From: Candidatus Methylomirabilota bacterium
Lineage (GTDB): Bacteria > Methylomirabilota > Methylomirabilia > Rokubacteriales > CSP1-6
Assembly: GCA_035315345.1 (NCBI GenBank)
Contig: DATFYA010000095.1
Location: forward strand, 8,449 to 72,448
DNA: 64,000 nt
Direction of reading: 5' to 3'
In this document: positions 26,149 through 34,360 of the stretch, piece after piece
Layout: each line of letters begins with the position of its first letter
Position numbering within the stretch: the first letter of the stretch is position 1
Notes under the pieces: model-generated
Told to the model about the DNA's origin: nothing
Seen by the model: only the letters and a program-made list of their open reading frames with translations
Database searches by the model: none
Program-made: the position numbers and the translations under genes

Positions 26149-27275
26149 CCACGACCGCGATCGTCTATTCCGACGAGTGGCGCCACTTCGACTACGGGCG
26201 CGAGCATCCGCTGCGCATGGAGCGGCTCGGGCTCACGTGGCGGCTCATGGAGGCCTACGGTCTCACCGCGCTGCCCCGCGCCAAGGTCTTCGCGCCCGAG
26301 GCGGCGCCGCTCGATCAGATCGCCCGCTTCCACAGCCGTGAGTACATCGAGATCCTCCGCGCGGTGAGCGCGGGCGACTGGGTGCCCCACGCCGCGCGCT
26401 ACGGTCTGGGCCCGGGCGACAACCCGATCTTCCCGGGGGTGTGGGAAGCGGCGCAGCTGGCGGCGGGCGGCTCCCTGCTGGCCGCGCAGCTCGTGGCCGG
26501 CGGCGAGGTGGACCGCGCGTTCCACTTCGCGGGCGGGCTCCACCACGCGATGCCCGGGCGTGCCTCGGGCTTCTGCTACGTCAACGACGCGGTGCTGGCG
26601 ATCATGCACCTGCGCGGACGCGGCCTGCGGGTGGCCTACGTGGACATCGACGCCCATCACGGAGACGGCGTGCAGTTCGCCTTCTACGACGACCCCCAGG
26701 TGCTGACGATCTCCACCCACGAGCGGGGCGATCGGCTCTTTCCCGGCACCGGCTTCGTGGTGGAGATGGGCGAGGGCGACGGCCTGGGCTATTCCGTCAA
26801 CGTGCCGCTCCAGCCGCTCACCGACGACTCGGTCTACCACGAGGCGTTCGAGGCGGTGGTGCCGCCGCTGGTGACCGCGTTCCGGCCGGACGCGCTGGTC
26901 ATCCAGCTCGGCATCGACTCGCACCGGACCGACCCGCTCACCCACCTGAGCCTCACCGTGCAGGGCTTCGACCGCGCGGTGCGCCGGCTGCTGCCGCTGG
27001 CTCCGCGCGTCGTCGCCCTCGGGGGCGGCGGCTACGACCTCGCCAACGTGGCCCGGGCCTGGACCGCGGCGTGGGCGGCCATGAACGACGTGGCGCTGCC
27101 GGACGCTCTGCCGCCCGAGAGTCACCCCGACATGCAGCGGCTCGGCCTTGCGCACATGACCCTGAGCGATCCCGTCGAGACGGTGCCGCCCGAGACGCAC
27201 CGCTGGACCGAGGACTACGCCCGGCGCCAGGTCGGCGAGATCCACGAGCGGATCTTTCCGCGGCACGGGCTGTAG
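26145..27275 (+). CDS. histone deacetylase-family / acetoin utilization AcuC-like deacetylase
   Basis: ATGA overlap with the moaC stop. Motifs: GGLHHAMPGRASGFCYVNDAV, YVDIDAHHGDGVQ, LGGGGY. Confidence 0.85.
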   Translation: MTTTAIVYSDEWRHFDYGREHPLRMERLGLTWRLMEAYGLTALPRAKVFAPEAAPLDQIARFHSREYIEILRAVSAGDWVPHAARYGLGPGDNPIFPGVWEAAQLAAGGSLLAAQLVAGGEVDRAFHFAGGLHHAMPGRASGFCYVNDAVLAIMHLRGRGLRVAYVDIDAHHGDGVQFAFYDDPQVLTISTHERGDRLFPGTGFVVEMGEGDGLGYSVNVPLQPLTDDSVYHEAFEAVVPPLVTAFRPDALVIQLGIDSHRTDPLTHLSLTVQGFDRAVRRLLPLAPRVVALGGGGYDLANVARAWTAAWAAMNDVALPDALPPESHPDMQRLGLAHMTLSDPVETVPPETHRWTEDYARRQVGEIHERIFPRHGL

Positions 27276-27286
27276 GCCGGTCCCGC

Positions 27287-28732
27287 GTGGAGGCCACCTC
27301 GAGCGATCCGCAGCCGGCGACGGCAGACCCGGCGACCCCGGTGGCCGTCGCGGGCACCGCTCCGATCCGGGTGCCGCTGAAGGTCAAGCTCAGCCTGCTG
27401 ATCACCGCGCTGGTCGTGCTCACGGTGGCCCTCGTCGGTCTCTTCCTGCTTCGCCAGCAGCAGCAGAGCCTGACCGCGGAGATGACCAAGCGCGGCCTCA
27501 CCATGGCCGAGAACTTCGCGGCGGGGGCCAAGACGCCGCTGCTCACCGGCGACGACCTGACCCTCGGCGTCCTCGTCACCGACGCCATGAAGGATCCCGA
27601 CGTGGCCTACGTGATCGTGGCCGATCACGACGGCAAGGTCCTCGCCCACTCCGACCCGCGGGCCGCGGTGAAGACCGCGGTGGAGCGTCCCAAGGGACTG
27701 CGGCCGCTGAAGGACCGGCTGCTGGTGCAGTCCTACAAGGCCCCGCAGGGCCGCATCATCGACTTCGCGGTCCCCCTCGTCTACAGCAGCGTGCCGGTCG
27801 GCGCGCTCTACCTCGGCTTCAGCGAGGAGGCCATCCACGCGGCGCTGGCCAGCGCCCGCAACCAGGCGCTGCTCATCACGCTGCTGATGGTGCTGGCCGG
27901 CCTGGGCGGGGCGGTCGGCCTCGCCGCGCTGCTCTCGCGCCCGATCTTCCGCCTGGTGCGCGCCACCGGCGCGATCGCGGCGGGCAACTTCAACATCTCG
28001 CTGCCGGTGGCGTCGCGCGACGAGCTGGGCGCGCTCACCGAGTCCTTCAACCACATGGCGCGGAGCCTGCGCGAGAAGGAGATGATCAAGCGCGCCTTCA
28101 CCCGCTACGTGGCGCGCGAAGTGGTCGAGGAGATCCTGAAGAACCCGGAGAAGCTGGCCCTGACCGGGGAGCGCCGGGAGGTCACCGTGCTCTTCTGCGA
28201 CGTGCGCGGCTTCACCCCGATGTCGGAGCGCATGAATCCCGAGGAGGTCGTGCTGTTGCTCAACGACTTCTACAACCTGATGATCGAGACCACCTTCAAG
28301 CACGACGGCACCCTGGACAAGTTCCTCGGCGACGCGGTGATGGCGGTCTTCGGCGCCCCCATGGCGCATCCCGACCACTCCGAGCGCGCCATTCGCACCG
28401 CGCTCGCCATGCAGGAGGGCATCGGCGGGCTGAACGAGCGCCGCGCCCGCGAGGGCAAGGAGCCGATCACGGTGGGCATCGGGGTCAGCGCGGGCGAGGC
28501 GGTGGCCGGCACGGTGGGCACCGAGGACCGGATGGAGTACACGGTCATCGGCGACAGCGTCAACCTGGCCGCGCGGCTGGAGTCCAGCGCCAAGCCCGGC
28601 CAGATCCTGATCAGCCATCGCACCTACGAGCGCGTGCACGACCTGGTGGAGACGCGGCCGCTCGGGCGCATCCGCGTGAAGGGCAAGGAGGAGGAGGTCG
28701 AGGTCCACGAGGTGCTCGGCCTGCTTCCCTAG
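27287..28732 (+). CDS. membrane-bound adenylate/guanylate cyclase with periplasmic sensor and HAMP domains
   Basis: GTG start within ORF 26441..28732. It has two TM helices flanking a domain of about 160 aa. The HAMP domain reads RPIFRLVRATGAIAAGNFN...DELGALTESFNHMARSL. The class III cyclase core includes VTVLFCDVRGFT, KFLGDAVMAVFGAP and YTVIGDSVNLAARLE. Confidence 0.85.
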   Translation: MEATSSDPQPATADPATPVAVAGTAPIRVPLKVKLSLLITALVVLTVALVGLFLLRQQQQSLTAEMTKRGLTMAENFAAGAKTPLLTGDDLTLGVLVTDAMKDPDVAYVIVADHDGKVLAHSDPRAAVKTAVERPKGLRPLKDRLLVQSYKAPQGRIIDFAVPLVYSSVPVGALYLGFSEEAIHAALASARNQALLITLLMVLAGLGGAVGLAALLSRPIFRLVRATGAIAAGNFNISLPVASRDELGALTESFNHMARSLREKEMIKRAFTRYVAREVVEEILKNPEKLALTGERREVTVLFCDVRGFTPMSERMNPEEVVLLLNDFYNLMIETTFKHDGTLDKFLGDAVMAVFGAPMAHPDHSERAIRTALAMQEGIGGLNERRAREGKEPITVGIGVSAGEAVAGTVGTEDRMEYTVIGDSVNLAARLESSAKPGQILISHRTYERVHDLVETRPLGRIRVKGKEEEVEVHEVLGLLP

Positions 28733-28775
28733 TTTGATCCCGTTATTCGCCTCGGTCGTTTAGGATAGTGAGGCG

Positions 28776-29831
28776 ATGAATCGGACCGCTCGCGCGCGCG
28801 CGCTGGCCCTCGGGGGTACCGCGCTCCTCCTCTCGGCCTGCGCCTCGATGGGGCCCTCGACGGACCCGGCGGCCCCGACCGCCACCCCCGCGGCCCGGCC
28901 CGCGCCCGCGCAATCCGCGCCGCGGCCCGCCGCGTACCAGTCCGACGATTTCGTCGTCACCTTCGCCCAGGCGGGAGACACTCCCGAGACGCTCGCCGCG
29001 CGCTACCTGGGCGGCGCCGACCGGGCGTGGATGATCGAGGACTACACCGGGATGCGTGCCTTCGCCCCCGGCCAGGAAGTCGTGATCCCGCGCAAGCCGT
29101 GGAACCTCTCCGGGGTGACGCCGGGCGGCTACCAGATCGTGCCGATCCTCACCTACCACAACCTCGCCGAGCAGGCGAAGGGCCGGCTGGTGCTGGCGGC
29201 CTCGAGCTTCCGCGAGCAGATGCGGTATCTCAAGACCAACGGCTACCGCGTGGTGAGCCTCGCCGATTTCATCGAGTTCACTCGCCTCAACCGTCAGCTG
29301 CCGCAACGGGCGGTGGTGCTGACCTTCGACGACGGCTACCGCGCGTTCAAGGACTACGCCTATCCGGTGTTGAAGGAGCTGGGGTTCACCGCCACCCTCT
29401 TCGTCTACACGGACTGGGTCGGGGCCGGGCGCGCGGCGCTGTCGTGGAGCGACCTGCGCGAATTGTCCGCCGACGGCTTCGACGTCCAGGCCCACACCAA
29501 GACCCACGCCGACCTGCGCCGCGCCACCGGCGAGACCGAGGTGCAGTACGCGCGCCGCATGCAGGCCGAGCTGGAGCAGCCGCAGGAGCTGTTCAGCAAG
29601 AACCTCGGCCACCGCAGCCAGATCCTGGCCTATCCCTACGGCCGCTGGGAGGAGGGCCTGCTGCCCAAGGTGACGGAGCACGGCTACATCGCGGCCTTCT
29701 CGGTGCGCCGGCAGGGCAACGCCTCCTTCGTGCGGCCGCTGACCGGGCACCGCAGCCAGATCTATTCCGAGATGACCCTGGACGACTTCGTGCGCAACCT
29801 CAACGTTTTCCAGGAGGAGAATCTGCGGTGA
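28776..29831 (+). CDS. lipoprotein polysaccharide deacetylase (NodB-fold) with LysM-like segment
   Basis: ORF 28776..29831(+). The lipobox is LLLSAC. The NodB motif is VLTFDDGYRAF, and AHTKTHADL is also present. Confidence 0.75.
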   Translation: MNRTARARALALGGTALLLSACASMGPSTDPAAPTATPAARPAPAQSAPRPAAYQSDDFVVTFAQAGDTPETLAARYLGGADRAWMIEDYTGMRAFAPGQEVVIPRKPWNLSGVTPGGYQIVPILTYHNLAEQAKGRLVLAASSFREQMRYLKTNGYRVVSLADFIEFTRLNRQLPQRAVVLTFDDGYRAFKDYAYPVLKELGFTATLFVYTDWVGAGRAALSWSDLRELSADGFDVQAHTKTHADLRRATGETEVQYARRMQAELEQPQELFSKNLGHRSQILAYPYGRWEEGLLPKVTEHGYIAAFSVRRQGNASFVRPLTGHRSQIYSEMTLDDFVRNLNVFQEENLR

Positions 29832-31012
29832 CGCGGGCGCGCGGGCTCTCGCTGCTCGCCGCGATGCTCGCCCTCGGCGGCTGCGCGACCGCCGGCGGTG
29901 GCACCCGCCCCGCGCCGAGCGCCAAGGCGCCGGCCGCGGCCTCCGCGCCGGTCGCCGCCGACCCGATCGCGGTCCGCCATCGCCAGCAGGCCGAGGCGCT
30001 CGAGCGGGACGGGCAGCTCCGCCGCGCCGCCGAGGAATGGAAGATCGTGCTCACGATCACCCCGGGCGACGCGAAGGCACGCGAGAGTCTGCGCGTGCTG
30101 CAGACGAAGATCGAGCAGCAGGTGGGCGAGCGCGTCGACGAGGGGCGCAAGGCACTCGCCCGCGGCGTGCAGGTGGAGGCGCGGCGCAAGTTCCTCGCCG
30201 CGCTCGCGCTCGATCCGGGCAACCGGGGCGCGTTCGATCTCCTGCAGAGCAACACCCGGGAGGTGGAGTTCATCACCCACACCGTCCGGGCCGGGGACAC
30301 CCTGAGCGCGCTGGCCCAGCGCTACTATGGGGACCGCTCGCGCTCCGAGGTGATCTGGGAGACCAACCAGCTGCCGCCGAACCCGCGCCTCGCCCCCGGC
30401 AGCACGCTCAAGATCCCCGAGATCCCGGGCGTGCCGTTCGTGCACGCCGAGGCGCGCAAGCCGCCGCCGGTGGTGGCGGCAGTGCCGACCCCGGACATGC
30501 CGCGCTCGGCGCCGGTCGCGCCGGCCGCGCCCGCTCCCGCCCCTCCGGCGAAGGAGGAGCTCGCGCCCGAGGTCAATCCTCTGCTGGCCGAGGCGCGCGA
30601 GGCGCTCGAGCGCAGCGACTACCCCGACGCGCTGGGCACGGTGGACAAGTACCTGGCCGGCAAGCCGGGGGATCGCGACGGCATCGCGCTGAGGAAGCAG
30701 GCGCTCTACGGCCAGGCCAAGAGCCAGATGGAGGCCAAGCAGTATCCGGAGTCCATCCAGAGCCTGACCATGCTGACGCGCATGCAGCCGGACTACGAGG
30801 ACGCGCCGGCCCTGCTCAAGCAGGCCCGTACGCGTACCATCGAACAGCACTACACGCAGGGCGTGCGGTTCTATCGGGAGGAAAAGCTGAAGGAGGCGAT
30901 CGCGGAGTGGCGTGTGGTGCTCGAGATGGATCCCAACCACGCGAACGCTCGCCGCAACATCGACCAGGCGGAGAAGCTCCTGAAGGGGCTCGAGCAACGC
31001 ATGAAGAAATAG
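29828..31012 (+). CDS. lipoprotein with TPR-like repeats and a central LysM domain
   Basis: GTGA overlap with the previous stop. The lipobox is MLALGGC. The LysM segment is HTVRAGDTLSALAQRYYGD...WETNQL...LAPGSTLKIP. TPR-like helices flank it. Confidence 0.7.
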   Translation: MTRARGLSLLAAMLALGGCATAGGGTRPAPSAKAPAAASAPVAADPIAVRHRQQAEALERDGQLRRAAEEWKIVLTITPGDAKARESLRVLQTKIEQQVGERVDEGRKALARGVQVEARRKFLAALALDPGNRGAFDLLQSNTREVEFITHTVRAGDTLSALAQRYYGDRSRSEVIWETNQLPPNPRLAPGSTLKIPEIPGVPFVHAEARKPPPVVAAVPTPDMPRSAPVAPAAPAPAPPAKEELAPEVNPLLAEAREALERSDYPDALGTVDKYLAGKPGDRDGIALRKQALYGQAKSQMEAKQYPESIQSLTMLTRMQPDYEDAPALLKQARTRTIEQHYTQGVRFYREEKLKEAIAEWRVVLEMDPNHANARRNIDQAEKLLKGLEQRMKK

Positions 31013-31023
31013 GAGACCAATCG

Positions 31024-31605
31024 ATGAATCGACACCTGAGGTCACTGGCCACGGTTATTCCGATCCTCTCGCTCACCCTGTTGCTCGCGGGCTGCCCGAA
31101 GCGGCCCCAGATGACGCAGGCCAGCGCGCCCCCGCCGGTGCCGCCGCCGGCCGCCGCCCCGCCGGCGCCCGCGCCGCCGCCGCCCGCTCCGGCCCCGGCC
31201 CCGACGCCGCCGCCGGTGGCCGCGCCGACCCCGCCGCCCCCGGCCCCGCCGAAGGAGTACCGGGCCAACGACGCGCTGAAGCAGATCTTCTTCGCCTTCG
31301 ACAAGGCGGAGATCCGTCCCGCCGACGCCAAGGTGCTGGACGCCGGCGCGGCCTATCTCAAGGCCAATCCCAACCAGCTCGTGCTGATCGAGGGGCACTG
31401 CGACGAGCGCGGCACCGCCGAATACAACCTGGCCCTCGGCGAGCGGCGGGCCAAGTCGGCGATGAATTACCTGATCGCCAACGGCATCGAGGCCAGCCGC
31501 ATCACCACGATCTCCTACGGCAAGGAGCGGCCGGTCTGCACCGAGCACAAGGAGTCGTGCTGGTCGAAGAACCGCAATGATACGTTCCTGACCAAGGAGC
31601 GGTGA
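31024..31605 (+). CDS. pal: peptidoglycan-associated lipoprotein (OmpA-family) with Pro/Ala-rich linker
   Basis: Internal ATG of ORF 30037..31605. The lipobox is LLLAGC. Motifs: FFAFDKAEIRP, IEGHCDERGTAEYNLALGERRA. Confidence 0.85.
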   Translation: MNRHLRSLATVIPILSLTLLLAGCPKRPQMTQASAPPPVPPPAAAPPAPAPPPPAPAPAPTPPPVAAPTPPPPAPPKEYRANDALKQIFFAFDKAEIRPADAKVLDAGAAYLKANPNQLVLIEGHCDERGTAEYNLALGERRAKSAMNYLIANGIEASRITTISYGKERPVCTEHKESCWSKNRNDTFLTKER

Positions 31606-31643
31606 GCATCGGGACTCTCACGACCTGACCGGGTGACCGGGGA

Positions 31644-32468
31644 ATGGCCGTGCCCGCCCACGACCTGATCATCGACCTGGCGATCCGCTACGGATTCCAG
31701 GTGCTGGGGGCGATCGTGATCCTCTGCGCGGGGTTCGTCCTCGCGTGGTGGATCGGCGGGCTGGTGGAGCGGCCGCTCCGGCGCATGGCGCTGGAGCCGC
31801 CGCTGCTCCGGCTCATCGTGCGGGTCGTGAGAGTCGTCGTCCTGCTGTTCGCGCTGGTCATCGCGCTCGACAAGTTCGGCTTCCAGATCGCCCCCCTGGT
31901 CGCCGGGATCGGAGTCGCCGGTCTCGGCGTCGGCATCGCCCTGCAGGGCGTGCTCGGCAACGTGATCGCCGGCCTCACCATCATCTTCACCAAGCCGTTC
32001 CGGGTCGGCGAGCACATCGAGATCGTGGGCATGAAGGGCGACGTGGCCACCATCGAGCTGTTCTCGACCACGCTGCTGCACCCTGACCGGTCGCGCATCA
32101 TCATCCCGAACCGCAAGATCGTGGGCGAGATCCTCCACAACTTCGGCACGGTCCGACAGATTCACCTGACCGTGAGCGTGCCACACGGCTCCGATCTCGA
32201 CGCGGTGCTGGCGCTGGTGCGCGACGTGGTCAGCGCCAACCCGCGGGTGCTGCCGCAGCCGGCGCCGGTGATCGGCGTCGGGCAGATCGAGGTCGCCGGG
32301 ATCCGGATCGGCATCCACCCGTGGGTTCAGGTGCCGGACGTGGTGATCGCCGAGGGCGAGGTGTACCGGGCGCTGATCGAGCGCTTCGGATCGGCCGGCA
32401 TCGCGGCGCCCGTTCCCCTCCACGAAGTCAAATTGGTCAATTCGGGCGGGATCAAAGACAGTTCTTGA
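31644..32468 (+). CDS. MscS-family mechanosensitive ion channel
   Basis: ORF 31644..32468(+). It has three TM helices followed by GVLGNVIAGLTIIFTKPFRVGEHIEI. Confidence 0.85.
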   Translation: MAVPAHDLIIDLAIRYGFQVLGAIVILCAGFVLAWWIGGLVERPLRRMALEPPLLRLIVRVVRVVVLLFALVIALDKFGFQIAPLVAGIGVAGLGVGIALQGVLGNVIAGLTIIFTKPFRVGEHIEIVGMKGDVATIELFSTTLLHPDRSRIIIPNRKIVGEILHNFGTVRQIHLTVSVPHGSDLDAVLALVRDVVSANPRVLPQPAPVIGVGQIEVAGIRIGIHPWVQVPDVVIAEGEVYRALIERFGSAGIAAPVPLHEVKLVNSGGIKDSS

Positions 32469-32498
32469 CATAGCCGGTCGGGATAGTACTATTCGACC

Positions 32499-32702
32499 GT
32501 GGCCGCCTTAGCCCCTCCCGTTGTCGACGCCCCCGTCGCGATCCGTTGTCAGGTCTGCGCCACCAAGATCGTCGTGCCCGGACCGGACGCGGTCGTCGTG
32601 AAGAACGCGATCGTGCGCGTCGACCGCGCCTCGGGACGGGTCACCGCGAAGTGTCCACGCTGTAAAGCCTGGGTGGAGATTCCGTTCCGGTATTTCGGAT
32701 GA
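32499..32702 (+). CDS. small zinc-ribbon protein (CxxC...CxxC), hypothetical
   Basis: 67-aa ORF, GTG start, with CQVC and CPRC pairs. Confidence 0.4.
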   Translation: MAALAPPVVDAPVAIRCQVCATKIVVPGPDAVVVKNAIVRVDRASGRVTAKCPRCKAWVEIPFRYFG

Positions 32703-32739
32703 GGCAACCCTAGAAGGCACAAGTCGCAGCACCGAGACA

Positions 32740-32784
32740 GAAAGCCGAGTGAGGGTCGCGAGCCGGCGATCCTCCTCGGCTTTC
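32740..32784 (+). other. long, nearly perfect RNA/DNA hairpin (about 19 bp) in the intergenic region upstream of the 1-Cys peroxiredoxin
   Basis: GAAAGCCGAG-U-GAGG-GUCGC-GAGCCG-GCGAU-CCUC-CUCGGCUUUC, hand-folded. No U-tract follows. Confidence 0.5.
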
Positions 32785-32860
32785 GTGCTTCGAGGAGACG
32801 AGCGTGAAACGGGCTTGAGCGCGAGCATCCACAGAAACCCACCACCAAGGAGACACCACG

Positions 32861-33514
32861 ATGACGCTACGACTCGGTGATACCGCTCCCGACTTCCAGG
32901 CCGAGAGCACCATCGGCCCGATCCGCTTCCACGAGTGGGCCGGCGACAGCTGGACCGTCCTGTTCTCGCACCCGCGCGATTTCACCCCGGTGTGCACCAC
33001 CGAGCTGGGCTACGTCGCGCGGCTGGCGCCCGAGTTCGCCCGGCGCGGGGTGAAGGCGATCGGGCTCTCGATCGATCCGGTCGCCTCGCATCAGGGATGG
33101 CTGGCCGACATCAAGGAGACGCAAGGGCAGGCGGTGAACTTCCCGATCATCGCCGACCCCGATCGGAAGGTGGCGAACCTGTACGGCATGATCCATCCCG
33201 CTCACGACGAGGTCTACACGGTCCGCACCGTGTTCGTGATCGACCCGAAGAAGACGCTGCGCCTCTTCCTCACCTATCCCCAGACCACCGGGCGGAACTT
33301 CGACGAGATCGTCCGGGTGATCGACTCGCTGCAGCTCACCGACGCCCATCGGGTGGCGACGCCGGTGAACTGGAAGCCGGGCGAGGATGTGATCATCGTG
33401 CCCGCCGTCTCGGACGACGAGGCCCGGGGCAAGTTCCCGGGAGGCTGGCGCGCGCTCAAGCCGTATCTGCGGCTCACCCGCCAGCCCGGCGCGGGCGAGC
33501 CGACGACGCGGTGA
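32861..33514 (+). CDS. 1-Cys peroxiredoxin (Prx6 type)
   Basis: ORF 32861..33514(+). Motifs: LGDTAPDF, WTVLFSHPRDFTPVCTTELG, TVRTVFVIDP. AAGGAG lies upstream. Confidence 0.9.
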   Translation: MTLRLGDTAPDFQAESTIGPIRFHEWAGDSWTVLFSHPRDFTPVCTTELGYVARLAPEFARRGVKAIGLSIDPVASHQGWLADIKETQGQAVNFPIIADPDRKVANLYGMIHPAHDEVYTVRTVFVIDPKKTLRLFLTYPQTTGRNFDEIVRVIDSLQLTDAHRVATPVNWKPGEDVIIVPAVSDDEARGKFPGGWRALKPYLRLTRQPGAGEPTTR

Positions 33515-33535
33515 GCGCGGGCTACTACCAAGGTC

Positions 33536-33910
33536 TCAGGGAGACTGAGTCTCGGCGACCCAATCGACGGAGACGACGGTGACCCGGTAGGTGGCCGCGC
33601 CGGCCGCCATGCTCACGCAGAAGAGCCCGGCGCTCCTCGACGAGATCTGGCCGAGCACGTCGCCGTCCCGGCGCCGGGTCACCTCGCCACGCTCATCGAG
33701 ACCCTCGACGCGGACGCGGACTCGCCGCGCGGCCATCTGCTGGTCGTTGAACACACGTCCGCACACCGTCTGCAGCCCCTGCGCGGGCGGATCCACGTCC
33801 CAGCGGAGCCGCAGAGAGCTGGCATCCACCGCGTCCTGGGCCGGGCTCCCCGATGGAAGCAAAGCCAGCCAGCCCACGACAGCCACGTACCCCATCCGTC
33901 GCATCGTCAT
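33536..33910 (-). CDS. hypothetical secreted protein
   Basis: ORF 33536..33910(-). The signal peptide is MRRMGYVAVVGWLALLPSGSPAQD. High GC3 is consistent with coding. I recognised no family. Confidence 0.5.
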   Translation of the reverse strand: MTMRRMGYVAVVGWLALLPSGSPAQDAVDASSLRLRWDVDPPAQGLQTVCGRVFNDQQMAARRVRVRVEGLDERGEVTRRRDGDVLGQISSRSAGLFCVSMAAGAATYRVTVVSVDWVAETQSP

Positions 33911-34063
33911 GCGTCACTCCCGCGTCGCACCACGTGATCGAGCCGCTGCCGCCCCATCGGACATCGTATCGCGCCACCGGGCCATCATGACCGAGACTAT
34001 CTGCGGTTTTCAAAGTTTGACAGGCCGGGTCGCCGGTGCCTACCCTCGTGACCGGAGGGTGCC

Positions 34064-34360
34064 ATGAGGATCGCATTGCTGGCGGTGCTGACGGTCCTGC
34101 TGAGCGCCGGAGCGGTCCCGGCTCAGAACACGCCGGGATCGATCGATCTCGAGTACAAGCCGCGCACCCCGCCCGTCCGGCCGGTGCCGACGAAGAAGCT
34201 CGAGGAGGACACGGCGCAGGCGATCCGGGAGATCGATCGGCGCCGGAGCGATGAGACGTTGCGCAACGCGCAACCCACCCCGATGCGCAAGCCGAACGTC
34301 GACCCCGATCTCACCGGGGGCATCCAGACTCGCGGGCTCAGCGACACCCTGCGCCGCTAG
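34064..34360 (+). CDS. hypothetical small secreted protein
   Basis: ORF 34064..34360(+). The signal peptide is MRIALLAVLTVLLSAGAVPAQ. GGAGGG lies upstream. Confidence 0.5.
   Translation: MRIALLAVLTVLLSAGAVPAQNTPGSIDLEYKPRTPPVRPVPTKKLEEDTAQAIREIDRRRSDETLRNAQPTPMRKPNVDPDLTGGIQTRGLSDTLRR

Noticed and set aside
32499-32702. Read-through of the TGA stop of the zinc-ribbon ORF as a further selenoprotein.
   Set aside because: Translation past the TGA gives a basic low-complexity string (GNPRRHKSQHRDRK...) ending after about 34 codons. It resembles no known family, and the TGA is not next to a redox motif.
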